Numbered from the stretch's first letter, positions 1 to 12,246 are shown. The stretch: 64,000 nt of DNA from an uncultured Comamonadaceae bacterium (GCA_964555295.1 CAZKRL010000003.1:9487-73486); one strand, 5' to 3'. The notes: generated by a model not told the origin, from the sequence alone. Numbers and translations: made by a program.

Positions 1-1
1 T

Positions 2-895
2 CGCACGGAGATCTACGTGCATGAGGCCCGAAAATGCGGTGCAAATATTTTGTCACCATGCGTACAAGAATCTGATCGGCATGCAGTTCTCAAAGGCCGT
101 GATCTTTATCTCGGTTTTTCCTCCATCAAATCGCTCGACACCCACATCGCTGAAAGAATTGTTCGGCAACGTTTACAGTCGCGGTTTAACGATGTCGATG
201 ATTTTTTGGAGCGGGTGCATCCCGGACTTGAGCAAATGATTCTTTTGATCCGTGCAGGCGCTCTGCAAAGTTTTGGTTTAGGAAAAAAGGAATTGCTTTG
301 GCATGCACATACTCGCCTCACCAAGGCACCTCAAGATGAGATGCAGACATCGATGTTTCGCACTGAGGTTAAAACCTATCAACTGCCTGCACTGGAGCAT
401 CACCGTTTAGAAGATGCGTATGATGAATTAGAACTGCTGGGCTTTCCCTTAGGCAGTCCGTTTGAATGGATGGACCCTGATGCAGTGCAGAGCATTGTTG
501 ATCTTGGTATTCCAATTGCAACCGCAGAGCAGTTACCCAATATCATCGGTTGCGAGGTTATTGTTCTGGGGTATCGCGTTACTTTGAAGCCCACTACCAC
601 CACAGGAGGAAAGTCTATGTACTTCGGAACCTTCCTCGATATGAACGGAGACTTTTTGGATACGGTGCACTTTCCCGGAGCTGCAGAAAAATTCTCTATT
701 CAGGGATGGGGAATATTTTGGTTGCGAGGAAAAGTTTCTGAGGAATTTGATGTGATAACGGTTGAGGTAAGTTCAGCAGGACGGGTCAAGCTTTTACCAG
801 ACCCCAGACACAGTGCGACTGTGGTATCAGCGCGCGACAATCAATCGGGTAATGATCGTTGGATCACTAAATATTTGAAACGAAATATTTCCTGA
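2..895 (+). CDS. dnaE: DNA polymerase III alpha subunit, C-terminal part (5' end outside window)
   Basis: The frame is open to the window edge (codons R-T-E-I-Y precede the listed ORF start). The sequence resembles the DnaE C-terminal region (LELLGFPL, OB-fold-like tail). The call rests on overall resemblance only. Confidence 0.7.
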   Translation, partial: RTEIYVHEARKCGANILSPCVQESDRHAVLKGRDLYLGFSSIKSLDTHIAERIVRQRLQSRFNDVDDFLERVHPGLEQMILLIRAGALQSFGLGKKELLWHAHTRLTKAPQDEMQTSMFRTEVKTYQLPALEHHRLEDAYDELELLGFPLGSPFEWMDPDAVQSIVDLGIPIATAEQLPNIIGCEVIVLGYRVTLKPTTTTGGKSMYFGTFLDMNGDFLDTVHFPGAAEKFSIQGWGIFWLRGKVSEEFDVITVEVSSAGRVKLLPDPRHSATVVSARDNQSGNDRWITKYLKRNIS

Positions 896-900
896 TCTAC

Positions 901-1218
901 CTACTTGCTACGAAGAAACCCGAAATAATTCTTACCGATTATACGACCCAAAACATGAACGTATATCATACATAGTATGGGTAGAATGATAACGACAAGC
1001 TTGTTATACTGCCAAGCCGATTGAAATTCGAAATGAATTGCATGTTGAACGGCACGTGTAAGACCGCAACCAGGGCATTCAAAATTCAAGAATCGTTTAG
1101 AGGGACAAATGGCTGTTCCGCTATCAAAGAAAGTTGCCGGTTGAATGAGTAAAAACAAAGGCAGGGCAAGCCAAACTACCAGTCCGATTATTGTGTACGT
1201 TTTTTTAAACCCAATCAA
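901..1218 (-). CDS. DUF2752-like small membrane protein
   Basis: 105 aa with hydrophobic helices and the CPSKRFLNFECPGCGLTRA motif (CPxCGxTRA) typical of DUF2752. Confidence 0.65.
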   Translation of the reverse strand: MIGFKKTYTIIGLVVWLALPLFLLIQPATFFDSGTAICPSKRFLNFECPGCGLTRAVQHAIHFEFQSAWQYNKLVVIILPILCMIYVHVLGRIIGKNYFGFLRSK

Positions 1219-1244
1219 TAATGCTCCTTAGAAATAAATCGTTC

Positions 1245-3656
1245 CTATCCGCTACACATTTCACAAGAATCAGGATTATCCAGTGAGCATGCAATGGCGG
1301 CTTGCGCGGTCATCTGATCCGTTGTGACGGGTGTAATATCTGCGGCAATGGCAGCAGATTGTGTTTCTGTGGCAAGCTCAGGTTTTTCCACTTTATATTT
1401 CTGATCAACCGTGAACTTGATTGCATCCGTAGCCGCCTTGGTGCGCAGGTAGTACATGCCCGTTTTCAATCCACGCTCCCAAGCGTAAAAATGCATGGAA
1501 GATAGCTTACCAAAATTCGGGCTTTCCATAAATACATTGAGCGACTGACTTTGACAGATGAATGCTCCGCGATCTGCCGCCATTTCAATGATGGCTTTCT
1601 GCGACAACTCCCAAGCTGTCTTATACAACGCCCGCAGATTCTCTGGAATCTCATTGATGCGCTGCACCGAACCATTCGCTGCAATGAGTTTGTTTTTCAA
1701 ATCATCATTCCATAGACCAAGACTTACAAGGTCTTTCAATAGATGTTTATTAACGATAATGTATTCTCCGGCCAATACTCGGCGGGTATATATATTGCTC
1801 GTATAGGGCTCAAAACACTCGTTATTACCTAGGATTTGCGCAGTGCTTGCCGTTGGCATTGGTGCCAGTAGCAGCGAGTTTCGCATACCGTGCGTTTTGA
1901 TTTCATCTTTCAACACATCCCACTCCCAGCGACTCGATGGTGCAATTTCCCACATGTCGAATTGCAAAATGCCTTTGCTCGCTGGAGATCCCGCAAAGGT
2001 TTCGTAGGTGCCATCCCGCTTTGCCAGGTCTTTAGACGCTGTGCATGCAGCATAGTAAATCGTTTCAAATACATCCTTGTTGAGCTGGCGCGCTTCCGCA
2101 CTATCGAATGGAAAGCGCATCAGAATAAAGGCGTCTGCCAAACCCTGAACACCAATGCCGATGGGTCGGTGGCGCATATTGCTACGCTTTGTCTCAGGCA
2201 CCGGATAGTAGTTACCATCAATGATTTTGTTCAAGTTGATGGTAAGCTGATATGCTACCTCGAAAAGTTTATTATGATCAAACTCTCCATCTTTTACAAA
2301 CTTGGGTAGTGCAATAGAACCGAGGTTACAAACCGCAATCTCGTCGGCTGAAGTATACTCAATGATTTCGGTGCACAGATTCGAACTCTTGATTGTGCCC
2401 AAATTCTGTTGATTACTCTTGCTATTTGCGGCATCCTTGTAAAGCATGTACGGAGTGCCAGTTTCAATCTGTGATTCCAGAATTTTGAACCAGAGATCCT
2501 GGGCTTTGATGGTTTGGCGGCCTTTGCCTTCTGCCTCGTAACGCTCGTAAAGGGCTTCAAATTCTGCACCCCAGCAATCGCTGAGTCCGGGGCATTCATT
2601 AGGGCACATTAACGTCCACTCACCGTCTGCTTTCACCCGCTTCATAAACAAATCAGGAATCCATAAAGCGTAGAATAAATCTCTGGCCCTGGCTTCTTCC
2701 TTGCCATGATTTTTCTTGAGATCGAGGAAATCATATACATCCGCGTGCCATGGTTCGAGATAAATAGCGAAAGAACCTTTGCGCTTGCCTCCTCCCTGAT
2801 CCACATATCGAGCCGTATCATTGAACACCTTCAACATTGGAACAATTCCATTGCTGGTGCCATTTGTGCCCTTGATGTAAGAACCCTTTGCGCGAACATT
2901 ATGAATGCTAAGACCAATACCGCCTGCGCTCTGAGAAATCATTGCGGTTTGTTTCAGTGTGTTGTAGATGCCTTCGATACTATCCGACTGCATCTGCAAC
3001 AAAAAGCATGAACTCATCTGTGGTTTGGGAGTTCCAGCATTGAATAAAGTTGGTGTTGCATGGGTAAACCATCCTTCGCTGAGCATATTGTAGGTCTTGA
3101 TAACCTCCGCAATATCCTCCTTGTGTATTCCGACAGCGACGCGCATAAACAATTGTTGCGGACGCTCAGCCACTTTTCCATCAAGCTTCAATAGATAGGA
3201 TCGTTCGAGGGTTTTAAATCCGAAGTAATCGAAATGAAAATCCCTGTCATAGATAATCGTACTATCCAGAATTGGCGCATTCTCAATAATCACCTTATAC
3301 ACGTCTTCAGCTATCAGACCTGCATTCGCTCCGGTTTTCGGATCAATGTAATAATACAAATCCGCCATCACCTGACTAAACGCCTTCTTGGTATTCTTGT
3401 GTAGATTACTCACAGCGATGCGCGATGCAAGTAGCGCATAATCGGGATGCGTGGTGGTATTGGTGGCCGCGATTTCAGCCGCTAGATTATCAAGCTCACT
3501 GGTAGTAACTCCGTCGTAAACCCCCTCGATAACCTTCATGGCTATCTTCACCGAATCCACTATCGGGCTCAATCCATAGCACAGCTTACCAATTCTTGCC
3601 GTAATCTTATCAAACTTAACGGTCTCTTTGTGTCCGTCTCTCTTTACTACAAACAT
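1245..3656 (-). CDS. nrdA: Ribonucleoside-diphosphate reductase, class Ia large subunit
   Basis: 803 aa. It has an N-terminal ATP-cone ([20 protein letters not shown]), the catalytic SSNLCTEI motif and a C-terminal CEMCSG redox-shuttle cysteine pair. It lies directly downstream of nrdB. Confidence 0.95.
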   Translation of the reverse strand: MFVVKRDGHKETVKFDKITARIGKLCYGLSPIVDSVKIAMKVIEGVYDGVTTSELDNLAAEIAATNTTTHPDYALLASRIAVSNLHKNTKKAFSQVMADLYYYIDPKTGANAGLIAEDVYKVIIENAPILDSTIIYDRDFHFDYFGFKTLERSYLLKLDGKVAERPQQLFMRVAVGIHKEDIAEVIKTYNMLSEGWFTHATPTLFNAGTPKPQMSSCFLLQMQSDSIEGIYNTLKQTAMISQSAGGIGLSIHNVRAKGSYIKGTNGTSNGIVPMLKVFNDTARYVDQGGGKRKGSFAIYLEPWHADVYDFLDLKKNHGKEEARARDLFYALWIPDLFMKRVKADGEWTLMCPNECPGLSDCWGAEFEALYERYEAEGKGRQTIKAQDLWFKILESQIETGTPYMLYKDAANSKSNQQNLGTIKSSNLCTEIIEYTSADEIAVCNLGSIALPKFVKDGEFDHNKLFEVAYQLTINLNKIIDGNYYPVPETKRSNMRHRPIGIGVQGLADAFILMRFPFDSAEARQLNKDVFETIYYAACTASKDLAKRDGTYETFAGSPASKGILQFDMWEIAPSSRWEWDVLKDEIKTHGMRNSLLLAPMPTASTAQILGNNECFEPYTSNIYTRRVLAGEYIIVNKHLLKDLVSLGLWNDDLKNKLIAANGSVQRINEIPENLRALYKTAWELSQKAIIEMAADRGAFICQSQSLNVFMESPNFGKLSSMHFYAWERGLKTGMYYLRTKAATDAIKFTVDQKYKVEKPELATETQSAAIAADITPVTTDQMTAQAAIACSLDNPDSCEMCSG

Positions 3657-3914
3657 GCAACTTCAGTTTTAAAATTTTACTTCCTGCAAATCATTTGATC
3701 ACGGCTGATCTGCATTGCCGTTTTGGTTAGGTTCTCCGAGGGTCAAAATTTTACCGACGAAGTGGTCTGCAATTACGACCATCGAATCACCATTTGTCAA
3801 AGCGGAAAAGTCTATGTTTTGAAAAACTCATCCACAATTTTCCACATCTAAAAAAAATGAAAACTATTGCTTGACAGATGGCAAAAAAAAATTATACGAA
3901 CCGTCGATTGTTCG

Positions 3915-4937
3915 TCAGAAGTCCTCGTCGAGCTTAAAGGTCTGCTTATCCTTATCCGCCATTACACCCGCCTTTTGATACTCCCCTACTCGCTTCTCAA
4001 AGAAGTTGGTTTTGCCTTGCAGAGAGATCATTTCCATGAAATCAAATGGGTTAGGCTTGTTGTATACCTTTTCATTGCCCAATTCTACCAGCAGACGGTC
4101 AGCAACAAATTCAATGTATTGCGACATGAGCTCACTGTTCATACCTATCAGCTTTACAGGCAAGGCGTCAATAATGAACTCCTTTTCGATTTCTACCGCA
4201 TTGATAATAATATCACGAATCCGGTCCTTGGACAATTTCTCCACGATGTGGCGCGTGTAGAGCAAACATGCAAAATCGCAATGCAACCCCTCATCGCGGC
4301 TGATAAGCTCGTTTGAAAATGTGAGGCCCGGCATCAGACCTCGCTTCTTCAACCAGAAAATACTGCAAAACGAACCACTGAAGAATATCCCCTCTACCGC
4401 AGCAAAAGCGACCAACCGCTCAGCGAAGTTTCCATTCTTGATCCATCGCAATGCCCAATCGGCCTTCTTGCGAACACAGTCCAAATTTTCAATCGCCTTG
4501 AACAAGTAGTTCTTGTCGCGCGTATCCTTAATATAAGTATCAATAAGCAGACTATAGGTTTCACTATGGATATTCTCCATCATGATTTGAAAACCATAGA
4601 AAAACTTCGCCTCGGTGTACTGTACTTCTCGCACAAAATTCTCTGCGAGGTTTTCATTCACAATACCATCACTGGCGGCGAAGAAGGCAAGCACATGCTT
4701 TATAAAATGCCGCTCGTCATCGTTCAACTTACCATTCCAATCCACCAAATCTGCCTCCAAATCAATTTCTTCGGCAGTCCAAAAATTCGCCTCGCTCTTT
4801 TTATAAAAATGCCAGATGTCCTGGTGAACAATTGGAAATAGCACAAACCGATCCGGGTTATCCTTAAGAATGGGCTCTATAAAGGCGCTGTTCATCTCCG
4901 TTGAATTCAGTGTTGTTGTATCTGCTTCGGTAGACAT
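3915..4937 (-). CDS. nrdB: Ribonucleoside-diphosphate reductase small subunit
   Basis: 340 aa with di-iron/tyrosyl-radical motifs: [32 protein letters not shown] and SRDEGLH. Confidence 0.95.
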   Translation of the reverse strand: MSTEADTTTLNSTEMNSAFIEPILKDNPDRFVLFPIVHQDIWHFYKKSEANFWTAEEIDLEADLVDWNGKLNDDERHFIKHVLAFFAASDGIVNENLAENFVREVQYTEAKFFYGFQIMMENIHSETYSLLIDTYIKDTRDKNYLFKAIENLDCVRKKADWALRWIKNGNFAERLVAFAAVEGIFFSGSFCSIFWLKKRGLMPGLTFSNELISRDEGLHCDFACLLYTRHIVEKLSKDRIRDIIINAVEIEKEFIIDALPVKLIGMNSELMSQYIEFVADRLLVELGNEKVYNKPNPFDFMEMISLQGKTNFFEKRVGEYQKAGVMADKDKQTFKLDEDF

Positions 4938-5193
4938 TTTTAAAATTTTGTGTGGTTAGTTTTATGTAGGACGTCAAAGGTGTCTTCGAGTTTTGTTGGA
5001 AATCAAAATAAAGAATTCACATCAGAGCGATTTTTTTAACAACCACAGATTTTTCAGGCATTTCAGAGGCATGTGAACATCTTGATGATAAAATGCAATG
5101 CTGTGTGACCGCACTTGTTTGTATGCGACTCTTCCACAGTGATGTTCTACATTTGCCCACCGGAAATTATGTCCCGGTCCATATACGAATTCT

Positions 5194-8100
5194 ATGATTT
5201 CAGCATTTCAAAAAGTACTTAAGAAACTTCTGGGAGATAAATCCAGCAAAGACTTAGCAGCGGTGATGCCCGTAGTTAACGCCGTCAATGCTGCAAGAAG
5301 CGAGTTCAAACATCTCAGCGCCGATGACTTGCGGGAAAAGGTAAACGGCCTTCGCAGCAAAATCAGTGAAGGTCTGAGTGAGTATGAAAGACAGATAGAA
5401 AGCACCAAACAAGAGGCCGAAGCCCTGCCACATACGGAGCTTGAACAAAAAGAGAGATTATATACCGAAGTGGATCGACTCATGACCGAATCGAATCAGG
5501 CGATTGAAAAAGTGCTCGAGGAAATTCTCCCGGAGGCGTTTGCTCTCGTGGTGGAAACCGCCTCGCGCTTCAAGGAAAACGAAGTGATTGAGGTCATCGC
5601 CACTGAACACGACAGAAATCTTTCAGCCGCAGGCCGCGATTATGTTGAAATCAAAGGCGACAAAGCGTATTGGAAAAACTCCTGGTCGGCCGCGGGAAAT
5701 CGCATCGTATGGGATATGGCACACTACGACGTGCAACTCATCGGCGGTATTGCACTGCACCGAGGAAAAGTGGCAGAAATGGCCACCGGTGAAGGAAAGA
5801 CACTCGTTGCTACCCTCCCCGTATTTCTCAATGCCCTCGCTGGCAGAGGCGTGCACGTGGTTACCGTAAATGACTATCTCGCACGAAGAGACTCTGAATG
5901 GATGGGCCCACTTTACGAATTTCATGGGCTCACCGTGGATTGTATCGATAAACATCAGCCCAATAGCCCGGGCAGAAGAAACGCCTACCAGGCCTCCATC
6001 ACTTTTGGAACGAATAATGAATTTGGTTTCGATTACCTGCGCGACAACATGTCGGTAGAATCAGGACAGCTCGTGCAACGCAAACACCATTTCGCTATTG
6101 TAGATGAAGTAGACAGCGTACTTATTGATGAAGCTCGTACTCCGCTCATCATATCGGGGCCAACGCCAAAAGGTGATGATCAGGAATTCGACAACTTCAA
6201 ACCGAAAGTTCAGTTGTTGGTCAACGCACAAAAAGCTGCTGTCAATGATTTTCTGGTGGTCGCTAAAAAACGACTCATGCCCGAGAATGGAGTGTCCGTT
6301 TCCAAGGATGAGCTGCAAGAGGGAAACATGGCTTTACTGCGCGCATATCGTGGACTTCCCCGAACCAAACCGCTGATTAAGTTCTTGAGCGAGGAAGGAA
6401 TGAAGGCGCAGCTTCTCAAAACCGAGGGCCAGTATCTTCAAGATAATCAGCGAGAAATGCCGAAGGTAGATCAGGAGCTGTTCTTTGTTATCGACGAAAA
6501 GAACAAACAGGTAGAACTCACCGAGAAGGGAATACAGCTTATCTCAGCAAATATGTCTGACGAAAAATTCTTCCTTCTTCCCGACCTCGGAAGCGAACTG
6601 GCGGAGATTGAGAATAGCGCAGACAATGCAGAAGAAAAGCTTCGCAAGAAAGATGACCTGATGCGCGATTATGCGCTGAAAGGAGAACGCATTCATACGG
6701 TGCAGCAATTGTTGAAAGCCTACGCGCTTTTTGAAAAGGATGTTGACTACGTGGTGATTGAGAACAAGGTAAAAATCGTTGACGAACAAACCGGTCGTAT
6801 CATGGAAGGCCGCCGTTATTCAGATGGATTACATCAAGCTATTGAAGCCAAAGAAAATGTGAGGGTTGAGGCAGCCACTCAAACCTATGCCACCATTACA
6901 CTGCAGAATTATTTCCGTATGTATCACAAACTGGCCGGTATGACTGGTACAGCTGAAACAGAAGCCGGTGAATTGTGGAGTATCTACAAACTCGACGTAA
7001 TGGTGATTCCCACCAATAGAGCCATATCACGCAAGGACATGGAAGATAAAATCTACAAGACCAAGCGTGAAAAATACAATGCAGTGATTGACGAAATTGC
7101 TGAATTGCGCAATGCAGGTAGGCCGGTGCTCGTGGGTACCACGACCGTGGAAGTTTCAGAACTTCTCTCGAAAATGCTCAGCAGAAAAGGGGTTGATCAC
7201 CAAGTATTGAACGCCAAACTCCACCAGAAAGAAGCAGATATTGTTGCCTTTGCAGGTAAAGCCGGCACGGTGACTATCGCTACGAACATGGCGGGAAGAG
7301 GTACTGATATCAAGTTAGGGCCTGGTGTGAAAGATGCCGGCGGTCTTGCTATCATCGGAACAGAACGACATGACTCGCGTCGCGTTGACCGTCAGCTCAG
7401 AGGTCGCGCCGGGCGGCAAGGTGACCCCGGATCATCTCAATTCTATGTATCACTTGAAGACGATCTCATGCGCCTATTCGGTTCTGATCGCATCGCCAAA
7501 ATGATGGACCGGCTGGGTTTGAAGGAAGGAGAAGTGATTCAACACAGCATGATTACCTCAAGTATTGAACGCGCTCAGAAGAAGGTTGAAGAAAACAACT
7601 TTGGGATTCGAAAGCGTTTGTTAGAATATGACGACGTGATGAACTCGCAGCGTGAGGTGGTATACAAACGGCGCAAACACGCGCTTTTCGGAGAGCGTCT
7701 CACTCTGGATATCGACAACATGTTCTACGACCTTTGCGCCACGGCGTGTGAAAACAACCATGCCATGAAGCAATACGAGAATTATCGTATGGATTTGTTG
7801 CGCATGTTCGGAATCGATGCGCCCTTATCTGCCGATGATTTCAACCGTATTAAGCTAGATGATTTGATACAGCAGACATATGCTGAGGTTAGCGCAAAAT
7901 ACAATCAGAGAATACAAAGCATCAGGGCAGAAGCATTTCCTGTCATTAAGAACATTTACGAAAACAACACGCAAGGTTATACCAATGTAGCTGTACCCTT
8001 CAGCGACATGCGCAAAACCATTCAAGTGGGCGTAAATCTTGAGCGCGCATATCAATCACAGGGAATGGAAATCATTGACGCGCTTCAGAAAGGAATTACC

Positions 8101-8586
8101 CTCGCCATCATTGATCACAACTGGAAACAGCATTTGCGCGACATGGATGATCTGCGAAGCAATGTTCAATTTGCCTCACACGAGCAGAAAGACCCGCTGC
8201 TGATTTATAAGCTCGAAAGTTTCAACTTGTTCAGAAACCTATTGTATCGTATGAATAGTGAGCTTGCGTCATTTCTGATGCACGCCTCGCTTCCTCAAAC
8301 GCAGCCGCAACCCATGAGACAAGCTGCACCGCGGGCAGAACAACCTCGCGTAAGCACCAGCAAAGCCGAGTCTATGAATCTACAACAGAGAGTAGCCGCA
8401 ACATCCAGTCATGTGCAACCCCCACTGGGGCCACCCCCAAAAGTTGAGCCCGTGCGTGTAGAAAAAACCCTCGGCAGAAATGAACCTTGTCCATGCGGCA
8501 GTGGCAAAAAATTCAAAGCTTGTCATGGAGCTGCATCCGATTTGGGAAAAGCGGGAGATTCTTTTACCTCAAACTTCAAAAAATAA
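5194..8586 (+). CDS. secA: Preprotein translocase ATPase SecA
   Basis: 1130 aa. It has DEAD-motor motifs (MATGEGKTLV, IVDEVDSVLIDEARTPLIISG, TNMAGRGTDI) and a C-terminal zinc finger (CPCGSGKKFKACHG). Confidence 0.97.
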   Translation: MISAFQKVLKKLLGDKSSKDLAAVMPVVNAVNAARSEFKHLSADDLREKVNGLRSKISEGLSEYERQIESTKQEAEALPHTELEQKERLYTEVDRLMTESNQAIEKVLEEILPEAFALVVETASRFKENEVIEVIATEHDRNLSAAGRDYVEIKGDKAYWKNSWSAAGNRIVWDMAHYDVQLIGGIALHRGKVAEMATGEGKTLVATLPVFLNALAGRGVHVVTVNDYLARRDSEWMGPLYEFHGLTVDCIDKHQPNSPGRRNAYQASITFGTNNEFGFDYLRDNMSVESGQLVQRKHHFAIVDEVDSVLIDEARTPLIISGPTPKGDDQEFDNFKPKVQLLVNAQKAAVNDFLVVAKKRLMPENGVSVSKDELQEGNMALLRAYRGLPRTKPLIKFLSEEGMKAQLLKTEGQYLQDNQREMPKVDQELFFVIDEKNKQVELTEKGIQLISANMSDEKFFLLPDLGSELAEIENSADNAEEKLRKKDDLMRDYALKGERIHTVQQLLKAYALFEKDVDYVVIENKVKIVDEQTGRIMEGRRYSDGLHQAIEAKENVRVEAATQTYATITLQNYFRMYHKLAGMTGTAETEAGELWSIYKLDVMVIPTNRAISRKDMEDKIYKTKREKYNAVIDEIAELRNAGRPVLVGTTTVEVSELLSKMLSRKGVDHQVLNAKLHQKEADIVAFAGKAGTVTIATNMAGRGTDIKLGPGVKDAGGLAIIGTERHDSRRVDRQLRGRAGRQGDPGSSQFYVSLEDDLMRLFGSDRIAKMMDRLGLKEGEVIQHSMITSSIERAQKKVEENNFGIRKRLLEYDDVMNSQREVVYKRRKHALFGERLTLDIDNMFYDLCATACENNHAMKQYENYRMDLLRMFGIDAPLSADDFNRIKLDDLIQQTYAEVSAKYNQRIQSIRAEAFPVIKNIYENNTQGYTNVAVPFSDMRKTIQVGVNLERAYQSQGMEIIDALQKGITLAIIDHNWKQHLRDMDDLRSNVQFASHEQKDPLLIYKLESFNLFRNLLYRMNSELASFLMHASLPQTQPQPMRQAAPRAEQPRVSTSKAESMNLQQRVAATSSHVQPPLGPPPKVEPVRVEKTLGRNEPCPCGSGKKFKACHGAASDLGKAGDSFTSNFKK

Positions 8587-8633
8587 TAGTGCCATTTTTC
8601 TGAATGTAAGTCCATAGAACTGCTAATAATCAT

Positions 8634-9560
8634 ATGAAAATTTCACCTCCACAATCATTGAAAGACGTTGCGGCAATTATCAAAAGCACAACTTCAGGAA
8701 ACGAAAATCATATGATATATGGAATCAATGAAATTCATCGCGTTGAACACGGAGATTTGGTTTTCGTTGACCACCCCAAATACTACGAAACAGCGCTAAA
8801 ATCAGCAGCAACGACAATTTTAATCAATCAAAGAGTGGATTGTCCTCAGGGCAAAGCCCTTATTTTCTCCGATGACCCTTGCAGAGATTTCAACGTTTTG
8901 CTCAGACATTTTTGTGAACCCAAGCCATGGCCTAATAGTAGGCAAGAGTTTGATAATACAATAGTTCACCCAACTGCAGTTATAGGAAATGATGTGAAAA
9001 TCGGCACCGGTTGCATTATTCACCCCGGAGTGGTTTTATACGACCGTGTAAAAATTGGCGATCATTGTATTATTCATGCCAATAGTGTTATTGGAAGCGA
9101 TGCTTTTTATTACAAATCCCGGGGCACTCATCGCGATAAGATGTACACAGCCGGTGGGGTAAATATTGGCAATCACGTGGAAATCGGTGCTGGATGTACG
9201 ATTGATAGTGGACTAACCGCCGATACGATAATTGGAGATCACTGCAAACTCGATAATCATGTGCATGTGGGTCACGACACAATGATCGGTCGCAATTGTC
9301 TTTTCGCCGCCCAGGTGGGTATTGCAGGGTGCGTGGTGATTGAAGATGATGTAATTCTCTGGGGTCAGGTCGGTGTTCCAAGTGATATTCATATCGGCAA
9401 AGCAGCAATTGTATTGGGCCAGAGCGGAATAACCAAAGATCTTGTTGGTGGAAAAACCTACTTCGGCAGCCCTGCTGAGGAGGCCAGGAATAAATACCGC
9501 GAACTCGCTCTGATCAGAAAACTCCCCGAAATAGCCGCCCAATGGGAAAGAATAAAATAA
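8634..9560 (+). CDS. lpxD: UDP-3-O-acylglucosamine N-acyltransferase (left-handed beta-helix)
   Basis: 308 aa with an LpxD-like N-terminal domain followed by a run of hexapeptide repeats (IGxxxxI/V pattern). Confidence 0.8.
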   Translation: MKISPPQSLKDVAAIIKSTTSGNENHMIYGINEIHRVEHGDLVFVDHPKYYETALKSAATTILINQRVDCPQGKALIFSDDPCRDFNVLLRHFCEPKPWPNSRQEFDNTIVHPTAVIGNDVKIGTGCIIHPGVVLYDRVKIGDHCIIHANSVIGSDAFYYKSRGTHRDKMYTAGGVNIGNHVEIGAGCTIDSGLTADTIIGDHCKLDNHVHVGHDTMIGRNCLFAAQVGIAGCVVIEDDVILWGQVGVPSDIHIGKAAIVLGQSGITKDLVGGKTYFGSPAEEARNKYRELALIRKLPEIAAQWERIK

Positions 9561-9593
9561 TGTGAATCCACCAGATTTGATATTGGCTTCGTA

Positions 9594-10805
9594 ATGGCAA
9601 CTACAGGAAAACTCAACGATAAGGTTAAGATTCGAGATTTCAAACTCAATGCATTACTCGACATTGCCACTGCTATCAATAGTAATTTGTCGGTCGATGA
9701 GCTGTTGCTTCAATACAAACAAATACTAAAGGAACAACTAGCTATTGAGAGACTTAAACTTTATGCAATAAGCAAGGGTTGGCAATGCATATTGAAGTTC
9801 GGTGGTAAAATGGAGACCCCTGATTTTTTTCAAGACGATAGCGTATTCCGCAGACTACAAGGTTCACCAGACGTGTTTGATGAACAAGACATTGTAATAC
9901 CCATTTCACAAAATGAGCAGCCGATTGCCTATTTAGTTGTGGGCGATGATCATGAAGACAAAATCAGCGTAAGCCCCGTTATCAAGCATATGAAGTTTAT
10001 TCAGACGCTTACCAACCTGCTCGTGGTGGCTATCCAAAACCGAAATCTTCAGGAAGAAAATCTCAAACAGGAAAGGGTGAAACGAGAACTGGAACTTGCA
10101 GCAGAAATGCAAGCGATGTTGTTGCCCGGAAAACTTCCACGAGACAAATATTTCGATGTAAGCGCATACTACAAAGCTCATCAACAAGTAGGCGGAGATT
10201 ACTACGATTTTTTTATGGTTGATGACGACGAGGCCGTATTTTGTATGGCCGACGTTTCAGGAAAAGGAATAACTGCAGCATTTGTTATGGCCGGTTTTCA
10301 GGCCTACTTGAGATCCGTTTTTTCCCACGGCGAAAGAAATTTAAAAGAAGCCGCTATCGAATTAAACAATCGCGTTTTCGATATCACAAAAGGCGAAAAA
10401 TTCATAACTCTTTTTTTGGCCTTATATAATATTACTACCCGTGAACTTCAGTATGTGAACTGCGGACATAACCCACCCCTTTTATACTGCCCGGAAGAAG
10501 GTGTACAACTTTTACAAGCCAATATTCCGGGGTTAGGAATGATAGAACAATTACCTTCATTCAGTTTGAGATCATTGAAGCTTCTTCCCGGCAGCATCGC
10601 CGTAACGTTCACCGATGGCCTTATTGAAATCGAAAATCCTCTGTTGGAAGAATATGGAACCGAAAGACTTTCGAACCTTTTACTCAATAGCCTTCAAATC
10701 TCAGCAGCAGAGATGAATAAGCGAATTCTTAACGACGTTAATATGTTTCGCGAAGACTCGCCATACCCTGATGACATTGCAATTTTGTCATGTCGATTCC
10801 ATTGA
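9594..10805 (+). CDS. GAF-like sensor plus PP2C/SpoIIE-family serine phosphatase
   Basis: 403 aa. The C-terminal half carries SpoIIE/PP2C motifs (GGDYYDF, ADVSGKGITAA, TDGLIE, DDIAIL). Confidence 0.8.
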   Translation: MATTGKLNDKVKIRDFKLNALLDIATAINSNLSVDELLLQYKQILKEQLAIERLKLYAISKGWQCILKFGGKMETPDFFQDDSVFRRLQGSPDVFDEQDIVIPISQNEQPIAYLVVGDDHEDKISVSPVIKHMKFIQTLTNLLVVAIQNRNLQEENLKQERVKRELELAAEMQAMLLPGKLPRDKYFDVSAYYKAHQQVGGDYYDFFMVDDDEAVFCMADVSGKGITAAFVMAGFQAYLRSVFSHGERNLKEAAIELNNRVFDITKGEKFITLFLALYNITTRELQYVNCGHNPPLLYCPEEGVQLLQANIPGLGMIEQLPSFSLRSLKLLPGSIAVTFTDGLIEIENPLLEEYGTERLSNLLLNSLQISAAEMNKRILNDVNMFREDSPYPDDIAILSCRFH

Positions 10806-12121
10806 AAAATTCGCTTTGTAAACAAATTGAAAAACAATTTGAGCGTAGTCTGCAAGACTACGGAATCCAAGTAGATGAAAAAATTCTTGTTGCTGTTAGC
10901 GGAGGGTTAGATAGTACAGTATTAGCTCACCTCTGCAAGCATTTCAATCTCAATTTTCACCTCATTCATATGAACTATGGTTTGAGAGGTGAGGCAAGTG
11001 ACCAAGATGCTCAGTTCTGCCATGAGCTCGCAAAAAAAATGAATAGCACTTTCATTTGTTCTGATGTAAAAAAAAGCATTTCCGCTAAAGTGTCTAATTT
11101 GCAATCCTTAGCGCGCGAGCTTAGATATACATGGTTCGAAAATCTTTTAGCAGAATATAATAGTCGATGGGTACTAACAGGCCATCATCTCGATGACCAT
11201 GCAGAAACGCTAATTCATCAGTTCATAAGGGGCGGAGGACCTGATACACTCACCGGATTTTTTCATGGCCGAAAAAATGTTGCTCGACCATTAATGATTC
11301 TGAGAAGATCTGACATCCTTCAATATGCAAAAATTAAGGGAATAGATTGGCTTGAAGATGAAAGCAATTCAATTGATCACTACACCCGAAATAGAATTCG
11401 ACATTCATTGCTGCCAACACTGAAAGAATATAATAATGGAATTGCACAATCCATAATAAAAAGAGCCAAAACCATAAATAACATCATTGAATATGCAGCA
11501 GATTCAATGCAGCGAGAGCTCAACGATAAACTGAAAATTCAAAATGGATTTTTCTCAGTAGATGCCTCGTGGTTGCGCAGTTGCAAATACAAAGAACTCT
11601 TCATCTATACCTGGTGTTCAAATGCGGGTGTTTCACACTGCGATATTGATGCCGTATTAACACTACTGAAGAGGAGACGAGGTGAATTAAGCATAGGAAG
11701 TATGATTTTTCGACTGACCGCAGAGTCACTGCAATTAATGCCTGCGCCTGAGCCCTTAGATCTAAACACCCATATTACCATACCCTTTCGATGGGAAGGA
11801 AGTAATCTTACCGTTGAACTGCTGCCTTACGATCCAGCTGCCACACAACTTCCCTGGGCAATAATGGATAAATATTGGCTTGACGGTCATGTGATCCTCC
11901 GCAACTGGAAACCTGCTGACCGATTTATTCCTTCAGGAATGATCGGGTCAAAAAAAGTGGGTGATTTTTTAACTCATAAAAAAATTCCAATTTCAGAAAG
12001 ATCACGTATTCTGGTAATCGAAAGAGAAGGAGAAATTCTCGCCCTGCTCGGACATCGGCTATCAGAGCAGGTATGTAAGGTGCAAAATCCAGAAAGTGCG
12101 ATTGGTATTTATTTGAGGTAA
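10790..12121 (+). CDS. tilS: tRNA(Ile)-lysidine synthase
   Basis: 443 aa with a PP-loop (VAVSGGLDSTVL) and TilS-like middle and C-terminal domains. It overlaps the upstream gene by 16 nt. Confidence 0.9.
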   Translation: MSIPLKNSLCKQIEKQFERSLQDYGIQVDEKILVAVSGGLDSTVLAHLCKHFNLNFHLIHMNYGLRGEASDQDAQFCHELAKKMNSTFICSDVKKSISAKVSNLQSLARELRYTWFENLLAEYNSRWVLTGHHLDDHAETLIHQFIRGGGPDTLTGFFHGRKNVARPLMILRRSDILQYAKIKGIDWLEDESNSIDHYTRNRIRHSLLPTLKEYNNGIAQSIIKRAKTINNIIEYAADSMQRELNDKLKIQNGFFSVDASWLRSCKYKELFIYTWCSNAGVSHCDIDAVLTLLKRRRGELSIGSMIFRLTAESLQLMPAPEPLDLNTHITIPFRWEGSNLTVELLPYDPAATQLPWAIMDKYWLDGHVILRNWKPADRFIPSGMIGSKKVGDFLTHKKIPISERSRILVIEREGEILALLGHRLSEQVCKVQNPESAIGIYLR

Positions 12122-12246
12122 TTCTTGCGCTTTGCTAATTAACAAAGAGCAATATTCCCACAATTTGAAAATGACATTTACGATCAACAGCACAGGTCCG
12201 CATTAGTCATAACGACTTCGCATTTGATTTGTACATTGCGGTCCAG

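Noticed and set aside
3657-3914. A 27-codon ORF (MVVIADHFVGKILTLGEPNQNGNADQP) and possible regulatory RNA in the 258-nt nrdB-nrdA spacer
   Set aside because: It has no recognisable family and no obvious structure or NrdR-box-like palindrome. It is too short to support without conservation data.
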